Counted from the first letter of the stretch, positions 27,343 through 37,080 are shown. The stretch is 64,000 nucleotides of DNA from Bacteriovoracia bacterium (GCA_050246755.1 JBFWVL010000001.1:1664001-1728000), one strand, 5' to 3'. Numbers and translations: made by a program. Notes: generated by a model from the sequence alone, not told the origin.

Positions 27343-29285
27343 AATCTAGACAACGGGTTTCCGGCTGGGCCCTCTACGCTTCGCCGCCGCTTTTACTGCT
27401 CACCCTCATCAATCTGTTTAACTATTTGGACCGCTATATCCTGGTGGCGCTCTCGCCCTCGATTAAAACAGATTTGAACCTAAGTGATACCCAAGTGGGT
27501 GGGCTTGCCACCGCCTTCATGATTTCCTATTTTCTCATTTCGCCGGCCTTTGGCTGGCTCGGAGACCGTAAGCCCCGCTATCGTCTTATGGCCCTGGGAG
27601 TAGCGCTCTGGAGCTTGGCCACCGTGGCTTCCGGGCTGGTGAAAGGTTTTGCGGCCCTGTTCTGGAGCCGGCTTTGCGTGGGGGTAGGAGAGGCAGCATA
27701 TGGCTCGATCGCGCCTTCCGTGCTCACCGATCTCTATCCTAAATCCATTCGCGGCAAGGTATTCGCTTTTTTCTTCATGGCCATTCCGGTGGGCTCCGCG
27801 CTGGGCTTTCTCCTCGGCGGATTGCTCGAGCAGCTATTTGGCTGGCGGCATGCATTTCTTCTGGCCGGGGTTCCCGGCTTGCTGCTGGCGGCTTCCTTGA
27901 TGCTTCTCACCGAGCCCAAGCGGGGTGCCCAGGACGCCGGGGAGCTGGTGAGTAAGCCCACCAAGCAGGATTATTTCGGCCTGCTCGGCAACCGCAACTA
28001 CGTGCTCACCGTGCTAGGTTATACGGCGTATACCTTCGTGGTAGGCGGAGTGGCCGTGTGGATTCCGCACTATATGGTTCGCTACCTCGGCGTTTCCGCG
28101 CCGGATGGGAATATGCGTTTCGGCACCGTAACCGTGATTGCCGGCTTCCTTGGTACTTTCATTGGCGGCGCCTGGGCCGACCGTTGGGCCGCGCGTAGCA
28201 CCGACGGCTACCTCAAGCTATCGGCGCTCTCTATGTTTGTGGCCCTGCCGATTTTTTTCGGCGTGCTCTCGGCGGAATCCTTCGGCACTTTCAGCCTCTG
28301 GGTTTTCGCCCTCGAGTTTCTTTTATTCCTCAGTACCAGCCCAGTGAACGCGCAAATCGTGAACTCGGTTTCGCCCAACCTCCGCGCTTCCGCGATGGCG
28401 GCCTCGATTTTCTGCATCCATATTCTGGGCGATGCCATCTCTCCCACGCTCGTGGGAAAAGTTTCGGATCTCGCCGAGCTCAAGGTGGGGATGCTGGTAT
28501 TCGCCCCTTTTATCCTGCTCTCCGGCGCATTTTGGGCCTGGAAGGTGATTTTCCAGTGGGAATGCCTGCCGTGGCCGGAGGGCGGTGTAGAGCTGCCAAA
28601 AATTCAGTGCCACCGCGGCTACGAGCAGGGAGGCGTTCAGGAAAATACCCTGGATTCCTTCCGGGCCGCTGCCCGCGCCGGCGCCGAGATGATCGAGCTC
28701 GATGTGCGTTTGTCGAAAGATGGCATTCCGGTAGTGGTGCACGATATCGATATCCAGCGGATCGCGAAGAGAGAGGGAATCGTATCCGCCCTCGATGCGG
28801 CCGAGCTTCTTAGCTACGCCAAAGTTCCCTCCCTCGCCGCTCTGCTGGCCGATCCTCAGTGCCTGGGCCTTAAGGTGAATATCGAGCTGAAAACCAATAG
28901 CGCCGGCGACAACGGCCTCGAAACCGCCGTGGCCGAAGCGGTAAAGGCGGCGAGGGCGGAAGGACGCGTGATGTTCTCCAGCTTCAATCCGCTCGCGTTG
29001 CGAAGAATGTCGAAGCGATTGCCCGAGGTTCCCCGCGCGCTCCTCGTTACCGAGGACACGGCCGACAAAGAGAATAAATTTTATTTACGTAAGGCGCTGC
29101 TCGCGTTCGTGGCAAGGCCTCACATGCTGAATTTCGATTGGCGCTTCTATACCGCCGCCCGGGCCGCACAATTCGCCGCCCGTAAGGTGCCGGTATCCTT
29201 GTGGACCGTGGAAGATGCGGCCCAGGCCAAAAAGCTCTTGGCTATGGGCGCTAAAAGTATTATTTCTCCTTTACCCAAATTATGA
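27336..29285 (+). CDS. Spinster-family MFS transporter fused to a C-terminal glycerophosphodiester phosphodiesterase
   Basis: NLFNYLDR, GWLGDR, VGVGEAAYGSIAP, HILGDAISP; then HRG...ENTL...IELDV...DGIPVVVHD, NIELK, FSSF, WTVED in one frame. Confidence 0.9.
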   Translation: MLKSRQRVSGWALYASPPLLLLTLINLFNYLDRYILVALSPSIKTDLNLSDTQVGGLATAFMISYFLISPAFGWLGDRKPRYRLMALGVALWSLATVASGLVKGFAALFWSRLCVGVGEAAYGSIAPSVLTDLYPKSIRGKVFAFFFMAIPVGSALGFLLGGLLEQLFGWRHAFLLAGVPGLLLAASLMLLTEPKRGAQDAGELVSKPTKQDYFGLLGNRNYVLTVLGYTAYTFVVGGVAVWIPHYMVRYLGVSAPDGNMRFGTVTVIAGFLGTFIGGAWADRWAARSTDGYLKLSALSMFVALPIFFGVLSAESFGTFSLWVFALEFLLFLSTSPVNAQIVNSVSPNLRASAMAASIFCIHILGDAISPTLVGKVSDLAELKVGMLVFAPFILLSGAFWAWKVIFQWECLPWPEGGVELPKIQCHRGYEQGGVQENTLDSFRAAARAGAEMIELDVRLSKDGIPVVVHDIDIQRIAKREGIVSALDAAELLSYAKVPSLAALLADPQCLGLKVNIELKTNSAGDNGLETAVAEAVKAARAEGRVMFSSFNPLALRRMSKRLPEVPRALLVTEDTADKENKFYLRKALLAFVARPHMLNFDWRFYTAARAAQFAARKVPVSLWTVEDAAQAKKLLAMGAKSIISPLPKL

Positions 29286-30115
29286 ACTTTTCCGATCTTT
29301 TCCAAAGCCAGAGCGCCAAATCTACCCACCCCTGGATCGATTCGGTAAAATTCGAGCCCCTCTCTCAAAAGGAAGTGCTCGACGGAATCCTTGCCCGGGT
29401 CCGCGAAGAAGTGCGCGCCCGGATCAAACATGGCGGCAAACCCATCCAGGTGGTTTTCGATCTGGATTCCACGATCTTCGACGTAAAACCCCGCACCCTG
29501 CGCATCCTCAAAGAATTCGCGCGCACGCCCGAGGCCAGGAAGATCTCCGAAGAGATCGTGGGCTGGTGCTCCGGTCTCGAAGCCTTCAAACTGCTCTATA
29601 CCCTCGAAGAAAGCGCCCGTGCCAATCAGGTTCCCGGCGATGAGGCTACCGCCCGCGCCTTCCTCAAGCAGGCCTTCCGTTTTTGGCTCGATCGTTTTTT
29701 CACGCACCAGTACCTTAGCGTGGACGTGGCCACTCCGGGCGCCGTGGATTTTGTGAACCGTGTGGTAGACGAAGGGGCCCACGCCATTTACCTCACCGGC
29801 CGTGACTGGCCCGGGATGGGCCGCGGTACCCGCTCTATGCTGGAGCACTGCGGTTTTCCCACCGATCCTCGCTATACGAATTTGCTCATGAAGCCCAATG
29901 CCGGCCTCGACGACGCCGAGTTTAAGGACGACGCCCTTCGCCAGCTCCGGATCGACGGCAACGTGGTGGCCCTCTTCGATAACGAGCCCGCCAATTTCCA
30001 CGTATTCGAGAAGAATTTTCCCGAAGCCTGGCTCGTTCTCTACTATTCGAATTGCTCCACCAAGGAAGCCAAGCCGGTGAAGCGCATGTATAAGATCGAT
30101 AATTTCTTGTTCTAG
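29282..30115 (+). CDS. HAD-superfamily phosphatase
   Basis: VFDLDST, YLTGR, FK, FDNEPAN; ATGA overlap. Confidence 0.85.
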   Translation: MNFSDLFQSQSAKSTHPWIDSVKFEPLSQKEVLDGILARVREEVRARIKHGGKPIQVVFDLDSTIFDVKPRTLRILKEFARTPEARKISEEIVGWCSGLEAFKLLYTLEESARANQVPGDEATARAFLKQAFRFWLDRFFTHQYLSVDVATPGAVDFVNRVVDEGAHAIYLTGRDWPGMGRGTRSMLEHCGFPTDPRYTNLLMKPNAGLDDAEFKDDALRQLRIDGNVVALFDNEPANFHVFEKNFPEAWLVLYYSNCSTKEAKPVKRMYKIDNFLF

Positions 30116-30288
30116 GCAGATCGCGCCGCCGCGGTTTGCGCCTATCCAAACTTTCGACACCTGTTGAATTCCCTGCCCCTACTGTTTCTGTTTAGAGGAG
30201 ATGTCTCCGCGCGGAGACGGCTCGAGTTTTTACGCCTCTTTTCGTGGCCTTCCACGCCTCCTTTCACTTAGCGCTCTTTTGGGGCGGT

Positions 30289-30304
30289 TGGCACCGAGGG
30301 TGCA
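30289..30304 (+). promoter_or_regulatory. sigma54 promoter (leaderless)
   Basis: TGGCACCGAGGGTGCA; predicted +1 falls at about ATG 30316. Confidence 0.55.
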
Positions 30305-30315
30305 GTTACCTTCAC

Positions 30316-30540
30316 ATGAAAACCTTTATGCCTCTTGTCATCGCTTCGATTCTGGCAGCCCTGTTCTCTATTTCCTCGGCCCAAGCCTTTGAGGAAAATG
30401 GAGCCGACGCCAGCGCTAGATCCCCCGGCTACCTCTCGGCTCCCGACCTGCCCGTAGCCGTTCCCGCTGAAACCGAGGTTCGCGCGGAAGACCTGAAAAC
30501 TTTTCAAGACAGTAGAGATACTCAATCGAAAGAGGAATAA
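30316..30540 (+). CDS. small secreted hypothetical protein
   Basis: signal peptide MKTF...AQA. Confidence 0.65.
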   Translation: MKTFMPLVIASILAALFSISSAQAFEENGADASARSPGYLSAPDLPVAVPAETEVRAEDLKTFQDSRDTQSKEE

Positions 30541-30543
30541 TTT

Positions 30544-30858
30544 ATGAAGCCAATCAATGCCGTTATTTTGTCTGCAATTTTTTCCTTCGGTTTCCTCGCG
30601 GCCCAATCGGCGAAAGCCGAAATGAGCCAGGGTGCGGTAGAAACCGCGAAAGCCTGCGCCTATATGGGCGCCATTGGCGGAGCCGGTGCGCACGTTATTT
30701 TAGAAAGAAGCGCGTTGAAATACGCCGCCGTGGGATGCGCGGGTGCCGCCGCCGCCGTGGGGGGCTACAATTACCTGGCCATTCCCATCGAGGCTGACAC
30801 GCCCAAAGAATCCGAGCTCCAGGAAGAGCCGGAAAACCAGGAACCCGCTAGCGAATAG
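30544..30858 (+). CDS. small secreted/membrane protein with Gly/Ala-zipper-like helices and an acidic tail
   Basis: signal peptide AKA, GAIGGAGA and GCAGAAAAVGG segments, GAGG RBS. Confidence 0.7.
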   Translation: MKPINAVILSAIFSFGFLAAQSAKAEMSQGAVETAKACAYMGAIGGAGAHVILERSALKYAAVGCAGAAAAVGGYNYLAIPIEADTPKESELQEEPENQEPASE

Positions 30859-30883
30859 CGCCCTGGAAACAATTTAAAGATAG

Positions 30884-30910
30884 AGCCGGCACTAAGCCGG
30901 CTTTTTTCGT
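30884..30910 (+). terminator. intrinsic terminator
   Basis: AGCCGGC-actaa-GCCGGCT-TTTTT. Confidence 0.8.
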
Positions 30911-30950
30911 TTCTTCTTCCGTGTAAATGCAGGCTTAGTGGCCGGAATCC

Positions 30951-30978
30951 TTAGTTTTTCGGTGCTTTTTGTCGATAC
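30951..30978 (+). promoter_or_regulatory. sigma28-type promoter
   Basis: TTAG-N16-GTCGATAC, 8 nt before ATG 30987. Confidence 0.55.
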
Positions 30979-30986
30979 GGATAGTG

Positions 30987-32357
30987 ATGAACTCCGTGCC
31001 ACGCTTTTTTCTTGCTCTCTTGCTCGTGCTATTTTGCGCGAGCCCGTTGGCGCGCGCGCAGAACGAACTTAGCTGCGCAACCGCGTTCCGCAAAATGACT
31101 ACCACGCTCAAAGCGAACTGGCAGACCGTTCGCGGCAAGGCCACCCTAAATCTGGATCCCGAGTCTTTCGCGCTCTTCGAACGTGTGCGCTTAAATCCTG
31201 CCGCGGAAATTTCCACCACGGAGATGGAATTACTGCGCACGAACGGAAACGAAGAGCTGTTCCGCCGCTACCAAGAAGCGTCGGTGGCGTTGAAAAGCAT
31301 CAATCACTTCTACGCCGTGGCGGCGCGTTCCCGGCCGATGAAGAACCGAAGTTTCAGTTGGACGCGGGGAATGCTGGATTCTCTGCCCGCCGTTTTCGCG
31401 CCGGGCCTTCCGGTGGGGATTACCGGCCGGGCGAGACTGATTTATCAGCGTGCGCTCCGGAGCCCGGATTTCGTGCTTTCCGCGCAGGAAGAGGAATTTT
31501 TAAGAACCTGGAAGTTTTGGGAAGATTTCCAGCGCTTCAAGGCAGAGGGGCGCCGTTACCGGAAAGAATTTTTAACTTCGAACGCGGTCGGCAATATGAC
31601 CAATAACCTCCGCTGGGGTTGGATTGCTTCCGCGGGAGTGGGCGCGCCCCTTATTCCCTACCTAACGGCCGATCGGATTGGCTCTCCCGAAGAGCTGAAG
31701 GCCAGGGTAGAGGCCATCAAGGGCGGGGTGCAGCTTCTCGTGTCGGATAGCCCTACGAAAACGGTAATGCTTCGTACTGATACCGAAGGGGTGATGTTCG
31801 GCGGCGGGAAAGCAAAGTTCTACCGGGGAGAAAAGCTGAAGGAGCTGGAAGAGGAAATCGCGGCCGAGAGATTAGACTATAGCCGAATCGCATTCCGCGC
31901 CGATGCCGATGAGGCGAGGAGGGTGATGAAAGCCGCGAAGGAATTCGTTACCCGCACCCGCACCGGGGCGGATGGACAGAAAGAATTGGACGTCCGCGCT
32001 TTCGTGGACGCTCCGTTGGCGGAGGCGTATAAAATTCTCGAGGATGGGCTGGGCCTGCCGCCGGCGCCGATCGTGAAGCGGCATGATTCGTATATGGGCG
32101 CCTATTTCGGCGTGATGAAGTTCTTGGGTGGAAAAGGGGGCCGCATCCAAGACTATTTTCGGGCGCGAGCCGGGGAGAATTCTCCTTCGGAATGGCAAGA
32201 TGCTGCCGACGCGGCTACCAGCGCGTACCTGAATGGGTTGCTCTATGCCACTAAGAGCGGCAAGCTGCTCCTGCCGCCGGCATTGGCCCTAGACGCGATG
32301 CCCACCACACGCCGGCAAACGGTTTTAAAGATCGAAGAGAAGCGGGGGGAAAAATGA
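30987..32357 (+). CDS. secreted hypothetical protein, paralog A
   Basis: signal peptide; colinear with the downstream gene (ANW..GxAT, FAPGxPVG, LRWG, MLRT). Confidence 0.8.
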   Translation: MNSVPRFFLALLLVLFCASPLARAQNELSCATAFRKMTTTLKANWQTVRGKATLNLDPESFALFERVRLNPAAEISTTEMELLRTNGNEELFRRYQEASVALKSINHFYAVAARSRPMKNRSFSWTRGMLDSLPAVFAPGLPVGITGRARLIYQRALRSPDFVLSAQEEEFLRTWKFWEDFQRFKAEGRRYRKEFLTSNAVGNMTNNLRWGWIASAGVGAPLIPYLTADRIGSPEELKARVEAIKGGVQLLVSDSPTKTVMLRTDTEGVMFGGGKAKFYRGEKLKELEEEIAAERLDYSRIAFRADADEARRVMKAAKEFVTRTRTGADGQKELDVRAFVDAPLAEAYKILEDGLGLPPAPIVKRHDSYMGAYFGVMKFLGGKGGRIQDYFRARAGENSPSEWQDAADAATSAYLNGLLYATKSGKLLLPPALALDAMPTTRRQTVLKIEEKRGEK

Positions 32358-33775
32358 GTTTCGCCCTGCGCCCGTTATTCGCCTGGCTCGCCTTTGCGAT
32401 TCTAGCTGGTTCTCCGGCCATCGCTGCGGAAGAAGCCGGTTGCCCGGGAAAATTTAGCCGCTTGCTGAATAAGGCCGATGCGAACTGGAGCCTCTATTCG
32501 GGCCGGGCCACGGGAAGCCTCGAAGAGGATGCCTTCGCTATTTTCGAGAAGGTGAGGAAGAATCCCGGCACGGAAATTTCCGCCGAAGAGCTCGAGTACC
32601 TAAAGGCGCGGGGCCTTGATCTGATTTTTCGTAAATACCAAAATGCCAATACGATAATCCGAAAAATAAATCAGGTGATCGGCACGAATCGCCGTTCGCA
32701 GCCAATTACTAGAGACTTTCTAAAAAACTGGAAGCGAACTGGGCTCGATTTTATCTCGAGTTATTTTGCTCCCGGGATTCCCGTGGGGCCTCATTCGAAA
32801 GCCAAAGTTATCTTCCAAAAAGCCATCGAAACAATGGACTTCGATTTGGCGCCGGACAAGGTGGCTTTCCTAAAAAAATGGAAGCTATGGGACGACTTCC
32901 TCCGCCTCAAGAGCGAAGCCGCGGAGTACCGCGACGGTTACCTGATGGCCACCCGCTTGCGGCGCGTGGGGAATGCGCTGCGCTGGGGCCTGGTGGGCGG
33001 GGCGGCCCTGAGCAACGCGATGGTGCCAATCGCCGAGACGGAACGGGTAGATAGCGAGGCGGCCCTGAAAGAGAAGTTGGGCGCCGGCGATAAAGGCCTG
33101 CGGTTAATATTTTCCACGGATGCTCGCTTGCCCGCGATGCTTCGCACCGAAAGCGGCGCGGTAGTGTTCCGGAAAAAGATGGCTACCTTTTATTCGGGGC
33201 AAAAGCTCCGGGAGCTGGACGAGCAAATCGCTAAGGATAAAATTTCTTATAATCAGGTTTTCATCCGTGCCAGCAAGGCCGAGGCCCGGCGAGTAATGGA
33301 TCGGGCCAGGGAGTTCGTGGTTACCAAGCAAATCGTAGATCGCGGAAGAGACTACGCGAGCAACACGAAGTACGTGGATGAGCCTATGGCCGAGGTTTAT
33401 AAAATTCTCACTAAGCAGCTCGGAATGGCGCATGCCCCGATCATCAAACGTACCGAATCCCTGATGCTGACCTACCTCAGCCTAATGAAGAGATTCGAGG
33501 ATCCTCGCGCCGGGAGGGTGAAGAGAATCATCCGCGTACGGCCCCTGGAGACCGCTCCTTCGGTGGAGCGGGAAGCGCTGCGGGGAGCGCTCGACGCCTA
33601 CCTTGGCGGGATGTTCTATATCGGCAGCAATTCGGCATATTTCACCGTGCCCATGCTCGGCGTGGACGCCCTGCCTACCACTAAATACCAGAAAAAAACC
33701 CCGCTGCCCCCAAGGCCCGCCATGCCCGCTTCCGGCCCGCCTCCCGGGATGCTTTTCGAGGATTTAAGTAAATAG
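32354..33775 (+). CDS. secreted hypothetical protein, paralog B
   Basis: signal peptide; paralog of 30987-32357; Pro-rich tail; ATGA overlap. Confidence 0.8.
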   Translation: MSFALRPLFAWLAFAILAGSPAIAAEEAGCPGKFSRLLNKADANWSLYSGRATGSLEEDAFAIFEKVRKNPGTEISAEELEYLKARGLDLIFRKYQNANTIIRKINQVIGTNRRSQPITRDFLKNWKRTGLDFISSYFAPGIPVGPHSKAKVIFQKAIETMDFDLAPDKVAFLKKWKLWDDFLRLKSEAAEYRDGYLMATRLRRVGNALRWGLVGGAALSNAMVPIAETERVDSEAALKEKLGAGDKGLRLIFSTDARLPAMLRTESGAVVFRKKMATFYSGQKLRELDEQIAKDKISYNQVFIRASKAEARRVMDRAREFVVTKQIVDRGRDYASNTKYVDEPMAEVYKILTKQLGMAHAPIIKRTESLMLTYLSLMKRFEDPRAGRVKRIIRVRPLETAPSVEREALRGALDAYLGGMFYIGSNSAYFTVPMLGVDALPTTKYQKKTPLPPRPAMPASGPPPGMLFEDLSK

Positions 33776-33956
33776 TTTTTAATTACCTTGGGGCGGCCTG
33801 ATTTCGACCCTAAGCCGCCGCATTTTTCAAGCGTCAAAATTTTTTTTCCTTTCGTTAACAGGTTAGCTGGGCGGCGCTCGCGCTAAATGCTTGAACGCTC
33901 TGGGGAATCGAGAAATTGTTAAGCGATTTTGGATTTTGTTCACGGTATCCGTCGAC

Positions 33957-33994
33957 GACAGAAGTTTGACAGTGGATATCCACGCTGTTAGCCT
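33957..33994 (+). promoter_or_regulatory. sigma70 promoter with overlapping operator(s) for the sigma54 regulator
   Basis: TTGACA-17-TAGCCT; perfect palindrome GTGGATATCCAC in the spacer; GACA-N6-TGAC overlaps the -35. Confidence 0.55.
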
Positions 33995-34108
33995 ATTTAT
34001 AGGTGGCGGGGATTTTTGATTGAGTCCCCCAAGGGAATAATAAGCTTAGAAAAAAAGTCAGGCAGTCCAAGGTTGGGACTGTTGTCTTCCTAGGAAGGAT
34101 TTAAAGGC

Positions 34109-35524
34109 ATGACACGTAAGTCTATTCTTGTCGTTGACGATGAAGTTTCGATAAGAAAGGCTCTTTCCAAAGCTCTGGAGAGAGACGGCTACCTGGTTAC
34201 CGCGGTTAAGTCGAAGTCGGAAGCTTCGGCGGTTGCCCGCGAAACGGTCTTCCAACTTCTCCTTTGCGATCTCCATCTTCCCGACGGCAACGGCCTTCAT
34301 TTAATCCAAGAATTAAAACACAGCAATCCTGAGCTCGCGTCTATCGTGATCACCGGTAACGGTAGCGTGGAAAGCGCGATTCAGGCCACGAAGGAAGGCG
34401 TATTCCATTACGTAACCAAGCCTTTCAATATCGACGAAGTGCTCGTGTTGGTGGGCAAAGCTCTGAAGCTCGAAGAGCTTTCGATCGAGAACAAGCACCT
34501 CAAGCAGGCGCTCCATAAAAAATACAATTTTGATAATTTCATCGGCGACAGCTCCGCGATGATGTCGGTTTTCTCGATGATCGAGAAGGTGGCCAACTCG
34601 AACTCCACCGTTTTGATCACGGGCGAGAGCGGTACCGGCAAAGAGCTCGTGGCCCGCGCCCTCCACTATAATTCTGATCGCGGCGATAAGGGCTTCGTGC
34701 CCGTGAACTGCGGAGCCATCCCCGCCGGCCTCCTCGAGAGCGAATTGTTCGGCCACATGAAAGGCTCCTTCACCGGCGCCGTGGCTAATCGTCCTGGGCG
34801 CTTTCAGGCCGCCGACGGCGGAACGATGTTTCTGGATGAAATCGGCGAGATGAGCCCTGACCTCCAGGTGAAGCTCCTGCGCGCCCTGCAATCCCAGATG
34901 ATCGAGCCCGTGGGCTCCATGCGTCCCATCGAGATCGATGCCCGCATCATCGCCGCCACCAATGTAGACTTAGAAAAGGCCGTGATGGATCGCCGCTTCC
35001 GTGAAGATCTTTACTACCGCCTGAACGTGATTCCCATTGTGATGCCTCCTTTGCGTGAGCGCCGCGGGGATATTCCTCTCCTGATCAACCACTTTCTCAC
35101 CGTTTATAACGAAGAGAAGAAGTGCGACGTGATCATGCGTTCCGAAGAAGTGATGGGCATATTGATGGCTTACGACTGGCCTGGGAACGTGCGCGAGCTG
35201 GAGAACCTAGTGCAGCGCATGGTGGTGCTCAAGCACGCGGGCGAGATCGAAGTGAAAGATCTGCCCCAGAAGTTTTTTGTTTCGAAAGCCGGCGCGGCCG
35301 TGTTCGCGGCTCAGGCCGTGGCCCAAGGCATCGACGACTTCTTGAATTTCGAATTGCCCCAAGACGGAGTGGACTTAAAGGCCCTCGTAAACAGCTTTGA
35401 GGACCATTTGTTGAGACAAGCGCTCCAGCGCACCAACGGCAATAAGAATAAAGCTTCCGAGCTGCTTCGCATGAACCGCACCACGCTCGTGGAGAAGATC
35501 AAGAAGAAGCAGCTCTCGCTTTAG
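34109..35524 (+). CDS. sigma54-dependent response regulator (FlrC/FlgR/FleQ-like; candidate flagellar activator)
   Basis: REC (VVDDE, CDLHLPDG), GESGTGKE, GSFTGA, FREDLYYRL, HTH NRTTLVEKIKK. Confidence 0.93.
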   Translation: MTRKSILVVDDEVSIRKALSKALERDGYLVTAVKSKSEASAVARETVFQLLLCDLHLPDGNGLHLIQELKHSNPELASIVITGNGSVESAIQATKEGVFHYVTKPFNIDEVLVLVGKALKLEELSIENKHLKQALHKKYNFDNFIGDSSAMMSVFSMIEKVANSNSTVLITGESGTGKELVARALHYNSDRGDKGFVPVNCGAIPAGLLESELFGHMKGSFTGAVANRPGRFQAADGGTMFLDEIGEMSPDLQVKLLRALQSQMIEPVGSMRPIEIDARIIAATNVDLEKAVMDRRFREDLYYRLNVIPIVMPPLRERRGDIPLLINHFLTVYNEEKKCDVIMRSEEVMGILMAYDWPGNVRELENLVQRMVVLKHAGEIEVKDLPQKFFVSKAGAAVFAAQAVAQGIDDFLNFELPQDGVDLKALVNSFEDHLLRQALQRTNGNKNKASELLRMNRTTLVEKIKKKQLSL

Positions 35525-35953
35525 TTATTTCTCTTCGGCGATCTTATTTAAAATGGTGTTGGCCATTACTTTCAGCTCTCGCTGACCTTCTTCGCTTTTT
35601 GCATAAACTTCGACATCAAAATTTCCGTACCTCTTGGAGAGGGCGGCGATTTTTTTATAAGAAGCTTCAAACTCGGTGCAAGTTTTATCTGCGGGGAGCT
35701 CTTCTAGCGCTTGTTCGGCCTCTTTCTGGAGATTGGCGTTGCCGCCGTCTGCGTCTAGGAAAACAAGACCCAGTATGGCAGTTAACAGCTTAGCCGTAGA
35801 CATTCCACTGGCATCGCATTTGGCCATTGCCGGTATAATCTGAAGTAAAGCCTTTTCATTGTTGGCTTCGTCGGAGGCCCCGGCTTTCGCGTTCGAGGCG
35901 AAGACGCCGACGGTTACAAGAGATACGAGCAGTAACTGGCTGAGCTTTTTCAT
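35525..35953 (-). CDS. secreted hypothetical protein
   Basis: signal peptide MKKLSQ...AKA, two Cys, AAGGA RBS. Confidence 0.7.
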   Translation of the reverse strand: MKKLSQLLLVSLVTVGVFASNAKAGASDEANNEKALLQIIPAMAKCDASGMSTAKLLTAILGLVFLDADGGNANLQKEAEQALEELPADKTCTEFEASYKKIAALSKRYGNFDVEVYAKSEEGQRELKVMANTILNKIAEEK

Positions 35954-36123
35954 GTTCACTTCCTTCGGAGCGTTTATTGAAGGCAGGAACATACCATTCC
36001 AAAACCGGCGATTCGCCTGTAATGATTCCGACGAGTGTTTAGGGTTTGGACGGAAGCCGCGCTAAGCAGCCAGAATAACAGATTTTTTCTTTTTTGGGGG
36101 AAGGCTGCGCTAAGCCGAAAAGT

Positions 36124-37074
36124 CTACTTATCGCTGGCGAAACGCGCTTCCGCGGCGTCGATATAGCTATTGATCCAATCCGCTAGGTACTTTTTATCGT
36201 CCTTCTCTAGGGGAGAACCATTTACTTCGGCTAAGAGCGCGGCGCGGCTGCCGATCAGGCGGCGCAGGTAAGGGGCATAGTTCGATTTTTCCACTGAAAC
36301 GGCGGAAAGGCTGGATAGCATTTGGTGGGCGGCTTCGGGAATATCTCCTTCCTTTTCGCTGAGCCCGGAGCGGTCGAAATCGTAGGGAAGCAGCGCGATC
36401 ACTTCGCCCTTAGCATTTTTAATCCGGCGCACGTTGTGGTCCGAGTATCCGGCAGCTGCTTGAAAATCGAAGTTGCGCAGGAAGCGTTCGGCGATCTCAA
36501 ACTCTGCATAGAGACTCGCATAGGGAATCGCGGCGGTGGAGTCGTTGAGGTCCAGGCGCGCCATGGCGTCTTTGATGTTCTCGATGAAGAAGCCTACTCC
36601 GCTCCCGTACTGTTCCCCGCTGGGTAGGCGGTAGGTTACTTCGGCCAGGCGAACCTGGAATCCCGGAAAGCCGGCGACCGCCAGCAAGCGATACTGCAGG
36701 TATTCGCGGATGGTGGCGGCTCGCGAAGCCTCGGTGGGCTTAGGCATGCAATTGGTGACGAATTTCATGTCACGGTCGAGGCGTTTGAAAATCCTGGGCC
36801 GTTTTCCTTTGGGCAGAATAATTTTCAGCGGCGGCAGATCGGAGCAAAGAAGGCGACGGTAGTTTCCGCGAGGCGCTATCTCGATCTTCATGGATTTTCC
36901 GGCAGCATTTAAGGTGCCAGGCAGTAACTTTTCTTCCACGTCTTTCTGCGCGGCGATTTCTTTGAAGTCGGCCTTTATTTCGATCGGTAGAATTTTGGTG
37001 GAATGGAAAAGCGCCGGCTGACCCGCGAACGCGAGCGGCGCAGTCAAAGAGAGGAAAAGGGCGAGGATTCCCAT
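36124..37074 (-). CDS. secreted CotH-like atypical kinase-fold protein
   Basis: PRGNYR..C..PPLK, KFVTNC, REYLQY, GFFIE, NFDF...HN...PYDFDRSG. Confidence 0.65.
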   Translation of the reverse strand: MGILALFLSLTAPLAFAGQPALFHSTKILPIEIKADFKEIAAQKDVEEKLLPGTLNAAGKSMKIEIAPRGNYRRLLCSDLPPLKIILPKGKRPRIFKRLDRDMKFVTNCMPKPTEASRAATIREYLQYRLLAVAGFPGFQVRLAEVTYRLPSGEQYGSGVGFFIENIKDAMARLDLNDSTAAIPYASLYAEFEIAERFLRNFDFQAAAGYSDHNVRRIKNAKGEVIALLPYDFDRSGLSEKEGDIPEAAHQMLSSLSAVSVEKSNYAPYLRRLIGSRAALLAEVNGSPLEKDDKKYLADWINSYIDAAEARFASDK

Positions 37075-37080
37075 GGTTAC

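Noticed and set aside
29147-30160. 337-aa minus-strand ORF
   Set aside because: Antisense to the HAD gene; no recognisable features
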